From NCBI GenBank assembly GCA_049423385.1, contig JBMSQQ010000095.1, positions 1-13,013 on the forward strand: a stretch of 13,013 nt of DNA. Direction: 5' to 3'. Under the pieces are notes generated by a model, which saw only the letters and a program-made list of their open reading frames with translations, was not told the origin of the DNA and did not search any database. The DNA is from Silvanigrellaceae bacterium (GTDB lineage Bacteria > Bdellovibrionota_B > Oligoflexia > Silvanigrellales > Silvanigrellaceae). Shown here one piece after another: positions 1 to 7,687 of the stretch (position 1 is its first letter; every line of letters starts with the position of its first letter). The position numbers were made by a program, and so were the translations under genes.

Positions 1-2
1 CA

Positions 3-2000
3 TTAGTTTTGCTGACGTCCTTGCAGTTGTTGTCCTGCAGCAAGGTCGAGCTTGATTACACTCCAGCCCGATTCGACGTTGCCCAGGCTGTTTGGTTTGA
101 GGGCGAAGAAACACTTTTTCTGTTTTGGAACGTGGGTTCTCCGTTGGGTTTGCGCCAGGAGAGTGTTGTTGAGGTCAGCTGGACCAGCGATGACGGAAAG
201 GTCGACTGGATTGCGCCACAGTCACTGGCACAGGTTCATCTGCACGAAACCGTGCAGTGTGGAGCCGGGCGATTGTGTGGAAGTGCGAGTCCAAAATTGG
301 CACGCGAACCTCGTTCTGCCCAGATTCGTGTTCGCTATCATCGTGATGGCCAGGTCGCATTGACGATTGTTCCAGAGACGTATGTGATCAGGAAGGGGAA
401 TGCCTTCCAGAACCGAAGTTTTATCGTCTATGGAGTTTTTGATCAGAGCAACACGTTGATTCAATGGCGTGGCAGGCATGTGTTTCCCGCACTGAGAAAC
501 GAGGACGCGACAGCCTTGGGCTTGCGGCGCCGATTCGAGGTGTCTGGTCAGACTGTTGGTGACATCAAGAACCTCTCTCCCGCCAATCCGTATCATTATG
601 GTTCAGAAGCCCTGTGCCCCCAGGATTTTGCATCAGCCCAGCTGGATGCCCTTGTTCAAACCTCTGAACGTGCAGTGTTCAACAAGACTGCCCTGCTGCC
701 TTCAGTTGCTGCGCGCGATTCCGTTTGTGCCATCGCGAAAGTCAAGGATGCGACGGGTGAATTTTCCACGACTGCCTGGGCTCGCAAGAACGCTGAAACC
801 CGCTCCGCATTTGAAACGTTGCGCAGCCCTGTGAAGACGACCACGCCCATCGGATTTTTGCTTTTGCCGTGCCGAAGGACAATCTCGCTTTCGCACCTTG
901 AGATGCAGAAGCAAAGATTGCTTCTCAACAATCCAACGGAAATTTGCACCGACGATTTTGTTCAGTCCAATTTCAAGGATCAGCTTGTTGGCCAACTTCA
1001 GCAACGCATCAGTGATGTGAGGGCAGCCGGCAACGACATGACACTTTATGTTGCCGTGCATCACGATGACAAGACGGGAGGACTTGTTCGCAAGCTCGAG
1101 GATGCACTTGCAGCTGTTCTGCCTGATGAGCGCTCTCGCGTGACTCCTCGGGTTTCTGGAGCCTTTGTGTTTGACTCGCTTCAACACATTGTTCTGGATC
1201 CGCGCATCAAGAATCTTGTGCTTTGGTGTCCGGCAGCGTGGCTGGATGTGTCGGTGGATCCGTTGTCTTCACCCGACGAGTCGCAGCGGGCTTGTCCTGT
1301 CTTGCCGGACATTCCACCCCTGAACGTTGGTCCTGTGCGATTTTCAAGTCTTCCAATTTTACCTTCAAGACAGTCCTGGGATGATTTTGTTTCGAGGTTT
1401 TCGGCTGCCAATGGAGGTCGCATGACGTCCCTCGATGCGTTGGCTCCGCAGCGGACCGCAGTTTCCACCGATTTGCCGCTGGGTGATTACGGCTGGGTGA
1501 CCTTTTTCAACAATGAACGGGTGAGTGCAAATGCAACCGAGGCGTTCAGTTATTGCAACATCGATTCCAACGATGCATCGCGCATTTACTTTCGAAGCTC
1601 TGCGGCACCCGACAAGCCACTTCCGTTGTCGAATTTGCCATCGGTGCATGCGACTGCTGCTTTGCCATCCTATGAATTGGGTTTGGCGTGGGATTTTCCT
1701 TTTCTTTTGAGGCTTGCTTACGAGTCGTTCGTTGCAGGAAGTGCAAATGCCGTGGTTGCGAGCGTTCCGTTCGGAATTTCTTTTTCGCAACAACAAAGTT
1801 ATGGAAGTGCCGGTTGGACCCAGCAGGAATTCAAGGTTGCCGGTTCCCTTTTGCAATGCACTCGATTTTGCAGTCATCCGTACTTTGATGAAAAGGGAAT
1901 CTACAATGTCCGTGGGTCATGGCGGGACAATTTGATGGTCTCTTGCTACAGGCCATTCTTTCCGCGCCCTTCAGACGGAGGATTTCCGGTTGACCCTTGA
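3..2000 (+). CDS. Cys-rich lipoprotein of unknown function (5' end probably just outside the window)
   Basis: The frame is open back to the window edge (tta gtt ttg ctg... = LVLLTSLQLLSC). The hydrophobic stretch ends in a lipobox-like LLS-C (Cys codon 36-38). There are 12 further Cys in about 650 aa. The stop (TGA 1998-2000) overlaps the next start. Confidence 0.8.
   Translation, partial: LVLLTSLQLLSCSKVELDYTPARFDVAQAVWFEGEETLFLFWNVGSPLGLRQESVVEVSWTSDDGKVDWIAPQSLAQVHLHETVQCGAGRLCGSASPKLAREPRSAQIRVRYHRDGQVALTIVPETYVIRKGNAFQNRSFIVYGVFDQSNTLIQWRGRHVFPALRNEDATALGLRRRFEVSGQTVGDIKNLSPANPYHYGSEALCPQDFASAQLDALVQTSERAVFNKTALLPSVAARDSVCAIAKVKDATGEFSTTAWARKNAETRSAFETLRSPVKTTTPIGFLLLPCRRTISLSHLEMQKQRLLLNNPTEICTDDFVQSNFKDQLVGQLQQRISDVRAAGNDMTLYVAVHHDDKTGGLVRKLEDALAAVLPDERSRVTPRVSGAFVFDSLQHIVLDPRIKNLVLWCPAAWLDVSVDPLSSPDESQRACPVLPDIPPLNVGPVRFSSLPILPSRQSWDDFVSRFSAANGGRMTSLDALAPQRTAVSTDLPLGDYGWVTFFNNERVSANATEAFSYCNIDSNDASRIYFRSSAAPDKPLPLSNLPSVHATAALPSYELGLAWDFPFLLRLAYESFVAGSANAVVASVPFGISFSQQQSYGSAGWTQQEFKVAGSLLQCTRFCSHPYFDEKGIYNVRGSWRDNLMVSCYRPFFPRPSDGGFPVDP
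1977..1981 (+). promoter_or_regulatory. Shine-Dalgarno site for the TTG start at 1990
   Basis: GGAGG lies 8 nt upstream of TTG 1990, inside the 3' end of the upstream gene. Confidence 0.6.
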
Positions 2001-2745
2001 TTGGCTTGCAAAATTGACTCTGCTTTGTCTGGTAGTTTCATCAGCAGCGCATGCGGCATCGGAAGATGCCTGGGTGCCGTTTCCCCAGTTGATCGAAAGA
2101 ACAGTGGGAACTGCCGGAAAATCGGTTCGATTCGACTGGCGACGCAAGAGCCAATTGTTCTTTCTGGATTATGGTCAACCTGTTGAATACAACAACTTCG
2201 AGACTGAGCGTTTCGGGGCGTCCCTGTTTTTGCCATCGTCGAATTGGAGCTTTGGCTTTGGCTTGGCAAAGACCTTTGTTTCTTCAACTCCATCTTCCCG
2301 TGCAATTTCCCTGATGCCCTATCAGCAGCTGGGAAGGCCTGAGCGTTGGGAGATTCTCGCCGGTGCTTTTTTTCCGGTTGCGGAAGGTGTCACCACGCTT
2401 CGATTGCCGATTCTTCCTGCTGCGCAGATGGTTTTCTCCCTGGCAGCGGACTTTCGATATTTGATTTACCCAACATTGTATTCGGGTTCCGACCTCCCGG
2501 GAGGATTGAAGTCATTGCTCAAAATCCGCTTGAACAGCGATGAATTGGCTCGGCTTGGCGATATTGCCCTGCCGGGGATGAGGATTGATTCAGGAAAGGT
2601 GAATGTTCTGACGGGAGTGACCCTGCATCTCTACACGGCTGGCGGCTTTATCGTCAATTCCAAGGCAATGATCGCTTTGGGGCTGCTTGGAAGCGAAATG
2701 CCAAGGCACGCCGACTTTTCGTTTGGAATCGGTTATGCGCAATGA
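1990..2745 (+). CDS. Exported protein, probable small (about 8-stranded) outer-membrane beta-barrel
   Basis: Sec signal peptide (KLTLLCLVVSSAAHA|ASE). About eight amphipathic strand-like segments: QLFFLDYG, ERFGASLFLP, WSFGFGLAKTF, WEILAGAFFP, MVFSLAADFRYLIY, VNVLTGVTLHLY, FIVNSKAMIAL and the terminal DFSFGIGYAQ. Confidence 0.65.
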   Translation: MTLDWLAKLTLLCLVVSSAAHAASEDAWVPFPQLIERTVGTAGKSVRFDWRRKSQLFFLDYGQPVEYNNFETERFGASLFLPSSNWSFGFGLAKTFVSSTPSSRAISLMPYQQLGRPERWEILAGAFFPVAEGVTTLRLPILPAAQMVFSLAADFRYLIYPTLYSGSDLPGGLKSLLKIRLNSDELARLGDIALPGMRIDSGKVNVLTGVTLHLYTAGGFIVNSKAMIALGLLGSEMPRHADFSFGIGYAQ

Positions 2746-4564
2746 CCGTTTGCGACAGTCAATTGCGCTCGTCATTGCTGGCGTCTCTGCCTGTTTTCCG
2801 GTGTCTGTCGCCGTTGCAGTTGAAAATCGCGATGTCGACCGCGAACTCTTGTTGGCTGCACGCGGTGCCTTTGCGGCAAAAAAATTCGAGGACGTTGCAA
2901 AAATCTGGTTTTTGAAAAACACGCTCGCAGATGTCCGAGGCAATCGCGTCGCAACAGAGGAGGCGATTTCTTCGGCGCTTTGGCTGGCCATGGACCGCTT
3001 GAGGTTGTGTCCTGAAGGTTTGCCTGCAGACCCCCATGGACTTTGGACATTGGCAGTACACAATATTGTTCTGCGCTCGCTCTATTCGCCGGAGAAAGAA
3101 TCCTCGGGCAATCCCTTCGAAGCTTTCAATACGGGATTCCAACAGCGCAAAGTCTCGATCAGTGATGTTCTTTCGGCCGAGGAACTCCGGGCACTCAAGT
3201 TTGAGCCGGGCGATTGCTCGCTTGTCGAAACCATGCGTTTTGGCGGCATGAATTACTCAACATATTTGCGTTCAGATGTCGAAGTTGATCGGCCCACATG
3301 GGCAGGAATGATGCTGGATGCCTTGCAGTCGGCCCGCAGGCGACTCAAGGATGTTCGCGGGACTTCCGTGGTTGAGTCGCGCATTTTTGATCTGCAACTT
3401 TATTTGCTTGAGAAAACCCAGGGGAATCATGATCTGCTCGAGATTCTCAACCGCGCGGTGAAATGGACGGCCGCCGATTGGCTTGCATTGTCTCCCTCGC
3501 GTCGCCTTTATTTTTTTTCACAGGTGGATGCTGTTCAGCCCGACAGACACCGTAGCAATGAGATAGTCCTGGAAATCATTGATGGCTTGATACAGCAGAA
3601 GTCGGGAAGCGACCTCAACAGTTGGATTGGTCTCTACAGTCGTGACAAAACAAGTCGTGAATACCGCCAGATTTGGGATGGAGAGCGGGGAAATCGTTTG
3701 CTGTCTCTTGATTATGACAGCGGTTTCCGCGGGCGTTCGTCGATCTCGTTGAGACGCGGACTCGCTTCGCTTGAGAAAGGCGATGTGCACAATGCACTGC
3801 GCTATTTGGGTTTGACGATCAATTTTGCGGGACGTGATGAAACAGAGGCAGAGTCGACAACTGCACTTGCCAAACGGTGGATCAGTTACATTGCCGGGAC
3901 CTGGAAAGTCACTGCAGATTTGGTCTCGGTATTGAAAGAGGTGCTGCCCAGGGATGCGTACACTCCAGTGTTCGAGGATTTGGCTTGGCGAGCAGCTTTT
4001 CGCGGAGATGGGTCATCATTCAAGCTCGCCTTTGGCCTTCTTCGCGACGGAAGCGCAGCGCACGGACGTGTGGAGCAGAGTGCCAGACTTTCGCGTGGTG
4101 AGGTTGCTGGCTTCGCAAATGAATTGAGCCGTCGCTTGCAATCCGAGCCCTACTCGGCCATTCGTTTTTGCAACCTTTTTCTCGACCGCCTCGAGTCCGA
4201 GGATGCCGCTGTCAGGAAGCGCCTGGTTCCTGTTCTGGAGCGATTGACTGTTGCCGATCGTATTGCTGTCCGGAAAGGCTCGCGAACCACTGTGGGGCTT
4301 GAAAAGCTGTCGCGACGTGCTTTGGAAATGCTTCGTGTCCTGCAGCCACAGATCAACGAGACCATGGTATCGAAATCCCGCGACTACGCTCCAGGAAGCG
4401 GGATCTTTGTTGGCAACGTCCGGCTGGCTCCCACGGATACTCTTCCATGGCCATTCACCGATCCCAACGTGAGTCCGCCCAACGTTTTCACCCCAATCGT
4501 CGCTCGTCCGGAAAGATGGATAAGCGATGGCCAAGAAGTCCTTGGCTGGATGATCGTGGAGTGA
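2735..4564 (+). CDS. Exported, mainly alpha-helical/TPR-like protein (609 aa) of unknown function
   Basis: The ATG at 2735 gives a signal peptide (MRNDRLRQSIALVIAGVSAC...AVA) and overlaps the upstream gene by 11 nt, so it is preferred over the track start at 2687. TPR-like segment SISLRRGLASLEKGDVHNALRYLGLTINF. Pro/Trp-rich C-terminal tail. Confidence 0.7.
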   Translation: MRNDRLRQSIALVIAGVSACFPVSVAVAVENRDVDRELLLAARGAFAAKKFEDVAKIWFLKNTLADVRGNRVATEEAISSALWLAMDRLRLCPEGLPADPHGLWTLAVHNIVLRSLYSPEKESSGNPFEAFNTGFQQRKVSISDVLSAEELRALKFEPGDCSLVETMRFGGMNYSTYLRSDVEVDRPTWAGMMLDALQSARRRLKDVRGTSVVESRIFDLQLYLLEKTQGNHDLLEILNRAVKWTAADWLALSPSRRLYFFSQVDAVQPDRHRSNEIVLEIIDGLIQQKSGSDLNSWIGLYSRDKTSREYRQIWDGERGNRLLSLDYDSGFRGRSSISLRRGLASLEKGDVHNALRYLGLTINFAGRDETEAESTTALAKRWISYIAGTWKVTADLVSVLKEVLPRDAYTPVFEDLAWRAAFRGDGSSFKLAFGLLRDGSAAHGRVEQSARLSRGEVAGFANELSRRLQSEPYSAIRFCNLFLDRLESEDAAVRKRLVPVLERLTVADRIAVRKGSRTTVGLEKLSRRALEMLRVLQPQINETMVSKSRDYAPGSGIFVGNVRLAPTDTLPWPFTDPNVSPPNVFTPIVARPERWISDGQEVLGWMIVE

Positions 4565-4567
4565 CCC

Positions 4568-5254
4568 ATGGACAAGCGAATCATGGATCCAAGGAAAAGC
4601 CAGCGTCCTCCGCGAAGTCACATCATGCGCACTGTCGCGAAAGCCCGCGAGGCAGCCAAGGATGCGCGCAACGCGCATCGGAAAAGAATTAAAAAGCAAT
4701 TGGGCAACGAATCATCCCGGCGCCGCCGTCGAACCCTGTTTTTCATCGGCGCTGCCTTGATCATCATTTTACTGTCCATGCGCTGCAGCTGCAGCCAGCC
4801 TTCTGTTTTGCCGCCGGCGCCATCGGTATTGAAGTCACCCACCGCGAAGTTGGAACCTGCTGCTAAACCCTTCGAGAAGAAGGCCGTGGAAGGACGCATT
4901 CGTGGCGTTCGGCGCGATGCGTTTGCGGCGGGTGATGCGAACAAGCCAACCTGGTTTGAAACCTTCAGGCGGCAGGTTTTGGCGCGGAGTCCCCGCCTTG
5001 CAGAATGCTTCAAGGGTGCCAGTGTGCCAGGCGGCGTGCGTTGGACGGTTCGATTCAATACGCAAACCGGCGAAGTTTCGGATCATGCTCTGGAGTTTGT
5101 CGGCGCAGAGGGCTCATTGCCGGCAATTCAGCAGTCGTGCCTTGTCGAAGTTCTTTCGCAGCCGGGATATGCACCGCTCGATCCACGCGAGTGGGGTGGA
5201 AAAGGCAATATTCCAAAGCAGGCCGTGCCTGTGAGCCTGGTGATTGAGTTTTAG
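4568..5254 (+). CDS. Bitopic inner-membrane protein with Pro/Lys linker and AgmX/PglI/TonB-C-like C-terminal domain
   Basis: GGAG at 4558-4561 precedes ATG 4568. Very basic N-terminus, one TM helix (TLFFIGAALIIILLSM) and a linker PPAPSVLKSPTAKLEPAAKP. The C-terminal part runs helix (RRQVLARSPRLAECF), strands (GVRWTVRFNTQTGEVSD), helix (QSCLVEVLS) and a terminal strand (VPVSLVIEF), with a Cys pair. Confidence 0.65.
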   Translation: MDKRIMDPRKSQRPPRSHIMRTVAKAREAAKDARNAHRKRIKKQLGNESSRRRRRTLFFIGAALIIILLSMRCSCSQPSVLPPAPSVLKSPTAKLEPAAKPFEKKAVEGRIRGVRRDAFAAGDANKPTWFETFRRQVLARSPRLAECFKGASVPGGVRWTVRFNTQTGEVSDHALEFVGAEGSLPAIQQSCLVEVLSQPGYAPLDPREWGGKGNIPKQAVPVSLVIEF

Positions 5255-5259
5255 GAACT

Positions 5260-5508
5260 TTATTTTGCGCTGCCGACGCATCGGAAAGGTTCATTGTTGC
5301 GTCGGTCAGCCCAGCTCACCCAATTTCCGACGGCCCAGGCACCCTGTCGGTTGTCTGCCTTGAGGGTCACTGTCCAATTCGCCACAAGTTGATAATCGAC
5401 CACCTTCGTGGTGCGCTCCAACGATCCCGATTGTGGATTTGGTTGAGTCTCGACTTCCACTGTTTTTGATTTGACCTTCAAACAAGAGCTAACAGAAAGT
5501 TGAGCCAC
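5260..5508 (-). CDS. Small hypothetical protein (82 aa), possibly the 3' part of a frameshifted gene starting at TTG 5537
   Basis: Fills the gap between the two convergent operons. Its stop lies 5 nt from the stop of the opposing gene. Beta-rich, Trp-containing sequence. The GTG start has no clear RBS. Confidence 0.45.
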   Translation of the reverse strand: MAQLSVSSCLKVKSKTVEVETQPNPQSGSLERTTKVVDYQLVANWTVTLKADNRQGAWAVGNWVSWADRRNNEPFRCVGSAK

Positions 5509-5539
5509 AAACAGCTGCAGATATTAAATTTGGTCAAAA

Positions 5540-7687
5540 TCAATTCCCTTGGGAAACGGTTGGACCTTGTCGTGAACCGTGTTCTGGTCTGCCTGGAGAA
5601 AGCCTGACAATCAATTGTTCAATGGCAAGCAAAGCGAAAAGCAATGCCAGTAGCCATGGGTAAGCGTTCAGCAAAGGGATGACTCTTTGTTCCCTCAGCT
5701 GATCGGGGCGCGAGAGAGGCTCCGATGTTTGCGCAGCAAATTTTGTCAGCTCAACGGGAAACAAGGCCGGGTTGGCAATCCATTCGCGTTCGCGCATTGT
5801 GCCATCGAACATGGGCCAAATCATGGGTTTGACAACCTGATTTGAGCCTTGCTTTGGCAATCCCGAGGTTTCATTTGTCTGCCATGCCAGGCCGACGCTC
5901 TCGTAGCGTGGTGCCCGCGCCGTTTCCTGGGCCGTGCTGCCTCCCACAAGGGCTTGCGAAGGAAACGCAGAACCAACGTTCAGCTTGTCCCATGCAATTG
6001 CTTCGAGGGTCAGGCGAGACAACCAAAAGGGCCGCCCCATCAATCCTGAAAAACCTTGGCCCACTCCTTGCAGCATGCTGTTTTCTGGCAGGCCTCCACG
6101 GCTTCGCACCAGGTGCAAGGAGTCGTCGCGGTAGAGTCGCGGACCTGCAAATTGTGGTGGACGCAATCCACTGTCCTGACGGCGTTGGAGGAATTCAACC
6201 ATCCACTGAAAGAGTCGCTCGCTTGCATCTATTGCGTACACCCGGTGGGCTTTCTGGCTTGCGTTGTCGGCAGGATTCTGTGTGGCAAAGGTGTGCCAAT
6301 CACCAGAAAGGATTGCCACCACCAACCCCTTGCCAACAGGATAAGCAACAATCATCGGCGACGGCTTCTCTTCGTCCGTTTCAGCAAGAACAAGGGCTCC
6401 TGGTTTTGGCTTGCAGCCAATCGCGTTTTGCCTTGTGACGATCTGACCCACCGCGGCTTCAAATTGCGACTCGGAAACAAAACGATTTTTTCCAACTCGC
6501 CAGGCACGCGCCTTGTCGAATTCAAATTCGGGAAAGTTTTCACAAGGACTGAGTTCCCGGATCCTTCCATCGGAACCCAGAAAACTCAAAGGCCCGGCTT
6601 GAATCACGAGCCGTCCACCGTTGTTGTTGACGTAGTCGTAGAGATTCTGCGTGTCATTTGAATTGAAGTATGAGTCGAACACAAAATTCTGCGCGAGGAC
6701 GCCGTGAAAATTGGGCAGCTGAACGCCAAACAGTTTTTCAGCCGGAAACTCGATAAGCGAAAGTTGATTGCTCGGGATGGAAAGGTCGTCTGAAACTTCG
6801 CGCAAAATGTAATAGCTGAGCAGGTCGAGATTCGGCCAGAATTTGAGTTTCGTGCGCATGTTGCGCATGCTCCAGTCGGGTCCGACACCAATGTGCAACA
6901 CGGTGGATTTCGAATGGACCACCGTGACAGGCACCGAGGCAACGTTGAGGGGAACAGGGCTGAGTTCCGAGGACAGCTGGGCTGTGAGGAGTTGTTGTTG
7001 TGCGCGGGTGAAATGTACAGGGATGTTTTCTATCGAATTGACAAGCCCATCTGCATTTGCGGTCACATTGATGGATTTGCTTGTCAGGAGAGACTCTCCA
7101 CTGCGCACCACGACTTCAATGTTCTGGCTTTCGCCGGAATCCAAACGGCCGACGATTTCCAGGGAAAGCTGTGAAGGTTCACCCAGGAAGTTGAGTTGGG
7201 GGGCGCTCAATTCGGAGAGTGCCAGGAATTTTTCAGGGCTCCTGCGTGGTGGTGCCATTGAAAGGTCTTGCGGCTTGAGCAGCAGGATTTTTCGATTCCC
7301 TTTTGCGATTTTGAGAATCTCGCGCTGAAAGTTGCGTGCGGCAGGTCCCCAGAGTGCAGCTGTCGAAACGACGACCTGCTCGCCGGTGGCAGATTCAAGC
7401 TGGGCAATCAGATCTTCATAATCCTGAATCGGGGTTTGACTCATTGAGCCAAATTTTCTGAAATTGATGCGAACTTCGCTTTCAAGCGAAAGCTTGCTGC
7501 GCAATTGGCGAATAGCCTTGTTCTGCTCAAGGTCGTTCCACTTGAGACTCGCATCCGTCCAGACGGTCAGGTTTTTGGGTGGCTGTCTCTCCACCGATTT
7601 CTGGATGAACGGAATTGCCAGCGGAAGAGCAACCAGCAGCACGATGACAGCCCTGAGAAGGTATCTGATAATTTTTGAGGTCATCAT
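5540..7687 (-). CDS. Membrane-anchored protein with vWA-like, Ig-like and class I glutamine amidotransferase-like regions (MoxR/DUF58/DUF4159-operon partner)
   Basis: N- and C-terminal TM segments. The motif LHIGVGPDWSMRNMRTKLK..PNLDLLSYYILR...IPSNQLSLIEFPAEKLF matches the pattern I recall for the gene downstream of DUF4159 genes (LHVSG.P...R..LK.DP.VDLVHF.ILR...P..ELSLI.FP..ELF). GGRLVIQAGP and GKGLVVAILSGDWH are GATase1-like. ATGA overlap with the upstream gene. Confidence 0.75.
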   Translation of the reverse strand: MMTSKIIRYLLRAVIVLLVALPLAIPFIQKSVERQPPKNLTVWTDASLKWNDLEQNKAIRQLRSKLSLESEVRINFRKFGSMSQTPIQDYEDLIAQLESATGEQVVVSTAALWGPAARNFQREILKIAKGNRKILLLKPQDLSMAPPRRSPEKFLALSELSAPQLNFLGEPSQLSLEIVGRLDSGESQNIEVVVRSGESLLTSKSINVTANADGLVNSIENIPVHFTRAQQQLLTAQLSSELSPVPLNVASVPVTVVHSKSTVLHIGVGPDWSMRNMRTKLKFWPNLDLLSYYILREVSDDLSIPSNQLSLIEFPAEKLFGVQLPNFHGVLAQNFVFDSYFNSNDTQNLYDYVNNNGGRLVIQAGPLSFLGSDGRIRELSPCENFPEFEFDKARAWRVGKNRFVSESQFEAAVGQIVTRQNAIGCKPKPGALVLAETDEEKPSPMIVAYPVGKGLVVAILSGDWHTFATQNPADNASQKAHRVYAIDASERLFQWMVEFLQRRQDSGLRPPQFAGPRLYRDDSLHLVRSRGGLPENSMLQGVGQGFSGLMGRPFWLSRLTLEAIAWDKLNVGSAFPSQALVGGSTAQETARAPRYESVGLAWQTNETSGLPKQGSNQVVKPMIWPMFDGTMREREWIANPALFPVELTKFAAQTSEPLSRPDQLREQRVIPLLNAYPWLLALLFALLAIEQLIVRLSPGRPEHGSRQGPTVSQGN

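Noticed and set aside
1857..1877. CTRFCSH in the lipoprotein as a c-type heme-binding motif
   Set aside because: The spacing is CxxxCxH, not CxxCH. Disulfide cysteines are more likely.
5272..5306. Inverted repeat CCGACGCA (5273-5280) / TGCGTCGG (5298-5305) as an intrinsic terminator
   Set aside because: It has a 17-nt loop, no adjacent U-tract on either strand, and lies inside the small minus-strand ORF.
4016..6661. Antisense ORFs of about 150-230 aa (4016-4699, 4618-5058, 5842-6438, 6056-6661) and other short nested ORFs
   Set aside because: They overlap longer, motif-bearing, translationally coupled genes and lack protein-like features.
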